Positions 55,855-62,951 of a DNA stretch of 64,000 nt are shown piece after piece. Below the pieces are notes generated by a model. It was not told the origin of the DNA. It worked only from the letters and a program-made list of their open reading frames with translations, and did no database searches. Position numbers and translations under genes: made by a program. Source of the DNA: Rudaea sp. (GTDB taxonomy: Bacteria > Pseudomonadota > Gammaproteobacteria > Xanthomonadales > Rhodanobacteraceae); NCBI GenBank assembly GCA_050737915.1, contig JBOHYL010000019.1, forward strand, positions 6,927 through 70,926, in the 5' to 3' direction. The number at the start of each line of letters is the position of its first letter. The first letter of the stretch is position 1.

Positions 55855-58266
55855 ATGACCGAACGTTTCAAGCTCGCCATCGTCGGTTCCGGGCCGGGCG
55901 GGCTATCGGCCGCCGCGCGTGCGGCCGAGCGCGGCGAATCGCATGTGCTGCTCGAAGCCGAAGCACATCTGTCGAACACGATCTTCCGCTACCAAAAGGG
56001 CAAGTTCGTGATGGACGAGCCGGGCATCCTGCCACTGCGTGCGCCGGTGCCGTTCAAGGCCGGCTCGCGCGAAACGATTCTGGATGCCTGGGACGAAGCG
56101 GCCAAGCGCCTGAAGATCAACACTCGCTACAAGCACGAAGTCCGCGCGATCAAGGCCAGCCCGGGCGGCGGCTTCGAGATCCAATGCACGAATGGCCAGA
56201 GCCTCGCCGCCGAGCGCGTGGTGATGGGGATCGGCTTGCAGGGCAATATCCGCAAACTCGGCTGCCCCGGCGAAGATCTGCCATTGGTGCAGTACCAGCT
56301 GGACGACCCGGACGAATACGAAGGCGAAACCATCGCCGTGGTCGGCGCCGGCGATGCCGCCATCGAAAACGCGGTGGCGCTGGCGAAACAAAACAACGTC
56401 GTCATCGTCAATCGCAAGGACGAATTCGCGCGCGCCAAAAAAGGCAATGAGTCGGCGATTCTGAAGGCGATCGAGGATGGCACCATTGAGTGCTATTACG
56501 ACTCCGCGCCCGAGCGCGTGGATGCGCTCAGCGTCGGCCGCAAGAAAGGCCGACTTATCCTCAGCACGAAAAATGGCAAGGCACAGATCCTGCTCGACCG
56601 CGTGATCGCGCGCCTCGGCGCCACCGCGCCGCGCGGTTTTGTCGAAGCCTGCGGTGTGGTGTTTCCGAACAAGGACCCGGCCGCGGTGCCGGCGATCAGC
56701 TCGCAATACGAATCCAACGTCAAGGGCCTGTACATTGTCGGCGCGCTCGGCGGCTATCCGCTGATCAAGCAGGCGATGAATCAGGGCTACGAGGTCGTCG
56801 AATACATCCTCGGCAACAAAGTCGAGCCTGCCGACGAGCCGTTGCTCAAGGCCAAGTTTGCGGCGATGCCCGGCTTCCGCAACGTCGACGAGGCGTTGGC
56901 GTGCGTGCAGAAGAACGTGCGTCTGCTCGCCCACATCACGCCGTTGCAATTACGCGAGTTCATGCTCGATTCGGACATCCGCACGCCCAAGCCGGGCGAG
57001 ACGATCTTCGCGCGCAATGATTACACGAATACGTTTTTCAGCATCGTCGAAGGCGAAGTGCAGGTCGTGATTGACGCGGCCACGAACCAGCGCATCAGCC
57101 TCAAACGCGGCGAATTTTTCGGCGAGATGAGTCTGATCTCCGGGCGCCGACGCTCGGCCACAATCCTTGCCGGATCGAACTGCGTGCTGATCGAGACACC
57201 GCGGCGCTCGATGAACCGCCTGATCAACTCGGTTGAGGCGGTCAAGCGCGAGATCGATCAGGTGTTCATCCTGCGTGCGATCCAGTCGCGTTTTGCGCCC
57301 GAGGCTTCGGCCGAACAACTCGCCGAAGTCGTTTCGGCTTCGCGTCTGGAGCGTTTCAAGGCCGGCGACGTGCTGTTCAACGAGGGCGAAATCGGCGACT
57401 GCCTGCATCTGGTGCGCGTGGGCTCGCTGACCATCTCGCGCAACATCGGTGGCAAGGATGTGGTGCTCAGCTACGTGCCGGCGGGCAATTACGTCGGCGA
57501 GATGGCGCTGATGGGAGAATCGCGGCGCTCGGCCACAGCACGCGCGGCGATCGCCACCGAAACGGTGCGCCTGGATGGCGACAGTTTCAAGAAACTGGTC
57601 AACCGCATTCCGGTGCTGCGCCTGCGCCTGCAATCCGAATATCGCCAGCGCACGGCGGCGAATCTGGCGATGCAGTCTATGCCGGGGGGCGGCGACATCA
57701 TCTCGTTCCTGCTTGCCCAAGGCGCCGGCGAAGCCACGGATATCCTGTTGATTGACGAATCGCTGTGCGTGCGTTGCGACAATTGCGAGAAAGCCTGCGC
57801 CGAAACCCACGGCGGCACCTCGCGGCTGGACCGCGAAGCCGGCCCAACCTTCGCCAACGTGCACGTGCCGACCTCATGCCGGCATTGCGAGCATCCGCAC
57901 TGTATGAAGGATTGCCCGCCTGACGCGATCCACCGCGCGCCCAATGGTGAGGTGTTCATCGCCGACAACTGCATCGGTTGCGGCAACTGCGAGCGCAACT
58001 GTCCGTATGGCGTAATCCACATGGCCTACAAGCCACCGAAGAAACCCGGTCTGATCCAATGGCTGCTGTTCGGTCGCGGCGACGGCCCCGGCGAAGCGCC
58101 GCACGATCCGCACGACCATGCTGCAGGCGAGGTCAAGAAGGCGGTCAAGTGCGACATGTGCAAGGATCTTTCCGGTGGCCCGGCCTGTGTGCGCTCGTGT
58201 CCGACCGGTGCGGCGATCCGCATCTCGCCTGAGGAGTTTCCCGCCTACGCGCAGTCGCGGCGCTGA
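55855..58266 (+). CDS. multidomain redox protein: FAD/NAD(P) pyridine-nucleotide oxidoreductase + 2 cyclic-nucleotide-binding domains + 4x[4Fe-4S] ferredoxin module
   Basis: The real start is MTERFKLAIVGSGPGGLSAAA (ATG 55855, GGGAGGG upstream). The track ORF from 55114 is a 5' extension. Dinucleotide folds are IVGSGPGG and VVGAGDAA. The cNMP phosphate-binding cassettes are FGEMSLISGRRRSAT (57118-57162) and VGEMALMGESRRSAT (57493-57537). Cys clusters are CVRCDNCEKAC, CRHCEHPHCMKDCP, CIGCGNCERNCP and CDMCKD...CVRSCP (57766-58203). Confidence 0.85.
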   Translation: MTERFKLAIVGSGPGGLSAAARAAERGESHVLLEAEAHLSNTIFRYQKGKFVMDEPGILPLRAPVPFKAGSRETILDAWDEAAKRLKINTRYKHEVRAIKASPGGGFEIQCTNGQSLAAERVVMGIGLQGNIRKLGCPGEDLPLVQYQLDDPDEYEGETIAVVGAGDAAIENAVALAKQNNVVIVNRKDEFARAKKGNESAILKAIEDGTIECYYDSAPERVDALSVGRKKGRLILSTKNGKAQILLDRVIARLGATAPRGFVEACGVVFPNKDPAAVPAISSQYESNVKGLYIVGALGGYPLIKQAMNQGYEVVEYILGNKVEPADEPLLKAKFAAMPGFRNVDEALACVQKNVRLLAHITPLQLREFMLDSDIRTPKPGETIFARNDYTNTFFSIVEGEVQVVIDAATNQRISLKRGEFFGEMSLISGRRRSATILAGSNCVLIETPRRSMNRLINSVEAVKREIDQVFILRAIQSRFAPEASAEQLAEVVSASRLERFKAGDVLFNEGEIGDCLHLVRVGSLTISRNIGGKDVVLSYVPAGNYVGEMALMGESRRSATARAAIATETVRLDGDSFKKLVNRIPVLRLRLQSEYRQRTAANLAMQSMPGGGDIISFLLAQGAGEATDILLIDESLCVRCDNCEKACAETHGGTSRLDREAGPTFANVHVPTSCRHCEHPHCMKDCPPDAIHRAPNGEVFIADNCIGCGNCERNCPYGVIHMAYKPPKKPGLIQWLLFGRGDGPGEAPHDPHDHAAGEVKKAVKCDMCKDLSGGPACVRSCPTGAAIRISPEEFPAYAQSRR

Positions 58267-58275
58267 CGGCCAGCC

Positions 58276-59172
58276 ATGCACGATTCCATTCTTACCCACG
58301 CCAAATCGCGCTATTTGTGGACTGCGCTGGCGCTCTCGCTCGCGTCGCTGGTCGCCTACATCGTCCACGATCCGGGCGGCCCGCCCAACGGCGGCACCTG
58401 GCTGGGCTACACGCTCGGCACGATCGGTGCGCTGCTGATCGTGTGGCTGATGCTGTTCGGCATGCGCAAGCGCCGCTACCGCGACAGTGCCGGCACGCTG
58501 CGCGGTTGGTTGTCCGCGCACATCTACCTTGGCACCTCGCTCATCCTGATCGTACTGCTGCACAGCGGTTTCCAGTTCGGCTGGAACGTGCACACATTGG
58601 CGTTCGTGCTCATGCTGGTGGTGATCTTCTCCGGATTTTTCGGCGTCTACGTGTATCTGCGCTATCCGAACCTGATGACACGCAACCGCGAAAGCGCGAC
58701 GCGCGATGCCATGCTCGAGGAAGTCGCTGAAATCGACCAGAATGCACTCGCGCTGGCCGACGGCATCGACCCGAAAATCCACGCCATCGTGCTGCGCTCG
58801 ATCCAGAACACGCGGCTGGGCGGCGGCGTATGGACGCAATTGCGCGCGCACGACGGCTCGGATCTGGCGCTGGAGTCGTTGCACCGGAACATTGCCGAAC
58901 GCGAAAACAAGCAGGAAATGAAAACCTCCGAAATGCCGACCATGTTCGCGATGGTCGATTTTCTCGCCGGCCGCGCTACCGACAAACAGGGCGAGGCGCT
59001 GCGCAAGCTGATCGACCTGATCTCACGCAAGAAGGGACTGGCGACGAAAGTCGCGCGCGACATGCAATATCAGGCGATGATGGAAATCTGGCTGTATATC
59101 CACGTGCCGCTATCGTTCGCTTTGCTGGCGGCGCTGATCGCGCACATCGTTTCTTCTTTCTTCTATTGGTAG
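58276..59172 (+). CDS. integral membrane protein, 5 predicted TM helices with conserved-looking histidines (possible b-type haem carrier)
   Basis: 298 aa. Hydrophobic segments are WTALALSLASLVAYIV, LGYTLGTIGALLIVWLMLFG, LSAHIYLGTSLILIVLLHSGF, VHTLAFVLMLVVIFSGFFGVYVYL and IWLYIHVPLSFALLAALIAHIVSSFFY. A charged loop of about 110 aa precedes the last helix. It starts 9 nt after the upstream stop. Confidence 0.7.
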   Translation: MHDSILTHAKSRYLWTALALSLASLVAYIVHDPGGPPNGGTWLGYTLGTIGALLIVWLMLFGMRKRRYRDSAGTLRGWLSAHIYLGTSLILIVLLHSGFQFGWNVHTLAFVLMLVVIFSGFFGVYVYLRYPNLMTRNRESATRDAMLEEVAEIDQNALALADGIDPKIHAIVLRSIQNTRLGGGVWTQLRAHDGSDLALESLHRNIAERENKQEMKTSEMPTMFAMVDFLAGRATDKQGEALRKLIDLISRKKGLATKVARDMQYQAMMEIWLYIHVPLSFALLAALIAHIVSSFFYW

Positions 59173-59179
59173 GTCGAGA

Positions 59180-60859
59180 ATGCGCTGGCTGATCCGCCGA
59201 GTGCTGAAAAAAGGCAAGGGCGCCATTTCCTACGAGGAAGACGTCCATTACGGCGACGTGCTCACCATCGGGCGCGCTGCCGATCAGGCGATCTTTCTGC
59301 CCGACATGCGCGCCGCACTCAACCACGCGCGCATCACTCTGCTTTCCGGCGGCCAGTACAAGATCGAATCACTGATCCTGGCCGGCATCCGCGTTGATGG
59401 CCAGATCACCTACACCACGACCGCGGGTGCCGGAGCTGCGGTGGAAATCGGCAATACGCGCCTGACCCTCCTCGCCGCGCCGCAGGACTACGACGGCGCC
59501 GTGGAAGTAAGCACACTCGACAAGTCCGAGCAGCAAGCCGAGCTGGCGCGCGCGGCGAAACCCACGCGACTGGCCCAGACCGGGCTGAGCAAACGCCGGC
59601 CGGCGTGGATCCTGTTCTTTGGAATTCTTTTGTTCTGCCTCGCCCTGCCGATGCTCGGCCACTTCATTCCGGGATTCGGCCATATGCTGCGGAGCGTGCC
59701 GCTGCTGCCGAGTACGCAAAGCTGGAACCCCGGCCCGCTTGACGCCGCGCACCGTTTCTTCGCCAGCGACTGCACGAAGTGTCACCAGCACGCCTTTCTG
59801 ACCGTGCGCGACGATGCCTGCCTGGTCTGTCACGTCAACACCGCCGCGCACGCGGACCCTGCCAAGTTCAATCTTCCGCAATTGGGCAACGCGCAGTGCC
59901 GCAGTTGCCATCAGGATCACCAGGGGCCGAGTGGCATGATCCGCACCGACCAACGCCTGTGTGCGGATTGCCATGCCGACCTGAAGGCACGCACCAAGGG
60001 CGTCAGCACCTTCGCCGACGTCAGCGATTTCGGCACGGCGCATCCGCAGTTCAAGGTCAGCCTGCCCGGCTGGGACGCCGCCGGCAACTTCGCCCCGCAG
60101 CGCGTGACCTGGGCCGCCGACCTGAAGGAAAATTCCGGGCTCAAGTTCAACCACGAAAAGCACCTGAAACCCGATGGGCTGAACACCCCGAACGGTCACC
60201 GCGTGCTCACCTGTGCGACGTGCCACACGCCCGATGCCGGCGGCGCGAAGATGCGTCCGATTCAGTTCAAGAACATGTGCCACGACTGCCACAAGCTCGG
60301 CTTCGACACGCTCGCACCCGGGCGCGAAGTGCCGCACGGCAAGGTCGCCGCAGTCGCGTATACGTTGAGCGAGTATTACGCCAAGGTGGCGCTGGAAGGC
60401 GGCTATCTGGATGCACGCTCGCCCGACATCGTGCAGCAGCGGCGCCGCCCCGGCGCGCCGCCACTGTCACAACAGCAGCAGCAGGAAGCACTCGCCTGGG
60501 CACGCCAGCGCGCGCGCGAGGCCACCGACAGCCTGTTCACCGGCAAGGCGTGCAGTACGTGCCACAAGGTCACGCCGCCGCGCACCGACGACGACACCTG
60601 GCATGTGGCACCGGTACGCGTGTCTGGCGTGTGGTACGCGGACGCGAAATTTACCCACGCCAAGCACACCACGATCCAGTGCAAGGATTGCCACGACGGC
60701 GCGCCGAAGTCCACGCAATCGGCCGATCTGCTCATTCCCGGCATCGCCAACTGCCGAACTTGCCACGCTGGCGCCAAGGCGAAGGATAAGGTCGCCACGA
60801 CCTGCATCGCCTGCCACGCGTACCATCAATCGGCGACGCTGAAGATGGGTACATTATGA
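59180..60859 (+). CDS. FHA-like domain / single TM / decahaem c-type cytochrome
   Basis: 559 aa. The N-terminus ...GDVLTIGRAADQAIFLPDMRAALNHARITLLSGGQYKIESL..AGIRVDGQ follows the FHA pattern (GR...D..L.D......H..I). The TM helix is PAWILFFGILLFCLALPMLGHF. Ten CXXCH motifs follow: CTKCH, CLVCH, CRSCH, CADCH, CATCH, CHDCH, CSTCH, CKDCH, CRTCH and CIACH (nt 59771-60817). It starts 7 nt after the upstream stop. Confidence 0.85.
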   Translation: MRWLIRRVLKKGKGAISYEEDVHYGDVLTIGRAADQAIFLPDMRAALNHARITLLSGGQYKIESLILAGIRVDGQITYTTTAGAGAAVEIGNTRLTLLAAPQDYDGAVEVSTLDKSEQQAELARAAKPTRLAQTGLSKRRPAWILFFGILLFCLALPMLGHFIPGFGHMLRSVPLLPSTQSWNPGPLDAAHRFFASDCTKCHQHAFLTVRDDACLVCHVNTAAHADPAKFNLPQLGNAQCRSCHQDHQGPSGMIRTDQRLCADCHADLKARTKGVSTFADVSDFGTAHPQFKVSLPGWDAAGNFAPQRVTWAADLKENSGLKFNHEKHLKPDGLNTPNGHRVLTCATCHTPDAGGAKMRPIQFKNMCHDCHKLGFDTLAPGREVPHGKVAAVAYTLSEYYAKVALEGGYLDARSPDIVQQRRRPGAPPLSQQQQQEALAWARQRAREATDSLFTGKACSTCHKVTPPRTDDDTWHVAPVRVSGVWYADAKFTHAKHTTIQCKDCHDGAPKSTQSADLLIPGIANCRTCHAGAKAKDKVATTCIACHAYHQSATLKMGTL

Positions 60860-60955
60860 GCCCCGCCTTGCGCTATGATCGGGTCACGGGGGATCGGGCA
60901 ATGCCGGCGTAAGCGACCGCGTCGGCGCAGAGTGCCGCAATCGGGGAGAGGAGCG

Positions 60956-62950
60956 ATGCGGAACAAACGGCATGTCTGGCTGGCACTGGCGACGGCATTG
61001 ACGCTTGCCGCGTGTGGCGGCGGCAGCAATTCCGGCGATCCGGAAGGCACCGCTCCGCCGCCGCAATCCACGCCGGATTCGGGCTGCAACGGTTCATGCG
61101 CCAATGCGCAGACGTACCTGACACAGAGCGACGTGCAGACCGTGATCGCGCAGGCGGCGGCCGAAGCGCAAGCGCAAGGCAAACCCGCGGTGATCGCCGT
61201 GGTCGACCGTGTCGGCAATGTGCTTGCGGTCTATCGCATGACCGGCGCGCCAGACACCATGACAATTACCTCTGACCGCGGCGTGGTCGGCGGACTGGAA
61301 GGCCTTGCCGTTCCGAGCGAGCTGGCCGCGATCGCCAAGGCCGTGACCGGCGCGTATCTGTCCTCCGAAGGCAACGCGTTTTCTACCCGCACGGCCAGCC
61401 AGATCGTGCAGGAACACTTCAATCCGGGCGTGCTCGGCACACCGGCCGGCCCGCTGTTCGGCGTGCAGTTTTCACAACTGCCTTGCTCGGATTTGGCCAC
61501 GCATTTTTCTGCAGGAACCGGAGCAGGCCCTCATAACTCACCGCTCGGCTTGTCCGCCGATCCGGGCGGCTTCCCCTTGTATGAAAACGGAACGCCGGTC
61601 GGTGGCGTCGGTGTCGCCGCTGACGGCATCTACGGCCTCGATCCGAATGTGATGGACAAGGACCGCAATATCGACGAGCTGATCGCCATGGCCGCCACCT
61701 ACGGTTTCGGTGCGCCCACCGACCGCCGCGCGGATACGATCACGGCCGGTGGTATCACCTTGCGCTTCAGCGATGTCGATTACGCCGACTTGGCCACGCA
61801 TCCGCAAAACGCGCCGCCGTATCCCACTTTGACCGGCGCACTGATGACGGCGCCCGGCTATTTCGACGGCAGTGCGATTCTGGCCGGAACCGCATTCGGC
61901 CAGACCGATTCCGGCATACGTGCGGACACGCAGTTCTACTCGGGTCTGGATGCGTTCGTGCTCGACGACGGTCATGGCAACAACCGCTATCCACCCAGGG
62001 CAGGTACCGACGGCGCCGATGCACTGACCGCCGACGAAGCGCAGATTCTCGTGCAACAGGCGCTGATGGTGGCCAATCACGCACGCGCACAGATTCGTAA
62101 TCCGCTCGGCAGTCAGGCGCGCGTGTCTGTTTCGATTGTGGATACCAACGGCGTCGCCCTTGCGGTCGCACGCACGCGCGACGCGCCGATCTTCGGCACC
62201 GACGTGTCGCTGCAGAAGGCGCGCACGGCGGCATTCAATTCCGGCAGCTATGCGGCCGGCGTGCTGCAGGGTCTGGCACCAGCCAACTATTTCGCCGACA
62301 GCATCGACGTCGCCAACAAGAAAGTCATCTTCACTACGGTCGCGCAAAGCAATATCGGCGATTACGTGGCTGCGGTGCGCGCCTTCCTCGGCCTGCCCGA
62401 CGCGCTCGAGGGCGGTTACGCGTTCACCGACCGTGCCGGCGGCAACCTGTCGCGCCCGTTCTTTCCGGACGGTGTGGATGGCAACCCGAACGGACCGTTC
62501 AGCCATCTGTTGGCGCAATGGAGCCCGTTCCAGGAAGGCTTGCAACTCGATCTTGTCTACAACGCGGTCGCACTGAATCTGGTCGGCTATCTGCAAGCCG
62601 AAGGCTTTGCGATCAGTGCCGACAACGTGCCCGCCGCGACGCAATTCTGCACGGCCAGTCCGCGCCTTGCCAACGGCATACAAGTGTTCCCCGGCAGCGC
62701 GCCGATCTATCGCGGCAGCAAACTGGTTGGCGGCATCGGTGCCTCCGGCGATGGCGTGGACCAGGACGACATGGTCAGTTTTCTCGGCCTGTACAACGCC
62801 GGCGTCGCACTCGGCGGCGCAATCGGCAATGCGCCGCCGGCGATACGCGCCGACAATCTGGCGCCGCAGGGCGTACATCTGCGCTATGTCGAATGTCCCC
62901 AGGCACCGTTCCTGGACAGCAACGCCGACAATGTTTGCGATGGGAAGTGA
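60956..62950 (+). CDS. lipoprotein with two GlcG/DUF336 (HbpS-like, haem-binding/degrading family) domains
   Basis: The real start is MRNKRHVWLALATALTLAAC (lipobox LAAC; ATG 60956, GGGGAGAGGAG upstream). Domain 1 is LTQSDVQTVIAQAAAEAQAQGKPAVIAVVDRVGNVLAVYRM...GGFPLYENGTPVGGVGVAADG. Domain 2 is LTADEAQILVQQALMVANHAR...VSVSIVDTNGVALAVARTRDAPIFGTDVSLQKARTAA...IYRGSKLVGGIGASGDGVDQDD. The track ORF from 60875 is a 5' extension. Confidence 0.75.
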   Translation: MRNKRHVWLALATALTLAACGGGSNSGDPEGTAPPPQSTPDSGCNGSCANAQTYLTQSDVQTVIAQAAAEAQAQGKPAVIAVVDRVGNVLAVYRMTGAPDTMTITSDRGVVGGLEGLAVPSELAAIAKAVTGAYLSSEGNAFSTRTASQIVQEHFNPGVLGTPAGPLFGVQFSQLPCSDLATHFSAGTGAGPHNSPLGLSADPGGFPLYENGTPVGGVGVAADGIYGLDPNVMDKDRNIDELIAMAATYGFGAPTDRRADTITAGGITLRFSDVDYADLATHPQNAPPYPTLTGALMTAPGYFDGSAILAGTAFGQTDSGIRADTQFYSGLDAFVLDDGHGNNRYPPRAGTDGADALTADEAQILVQQALMVANHARAQIRNPLGSQARVSVSIVDTNGVALAVARTRDAPIFGTDVSLQKARTAAFNSGSYAAGVLQGLAPANYFADSIDVANKKVIFTTVAQSNIGDYVAAVRAFLGLPDALEGGYAFTDRAGGNLSRPFFPDGVDGNPNGPFSHLLAQWSPFQEGLQLDLVYNAVALNLVGYLQAEGFAISADNVPAATQFCTASPRLANGIQVFPGSAPIYRGSKLVGGIGASGDGVDQDDMVSFLGLYNAGVALGGAIGNAPPAIRADNLAPQGVHLRYVECPQAPFLDSNADNVCDGK

Positions 62951-62951
62951 C

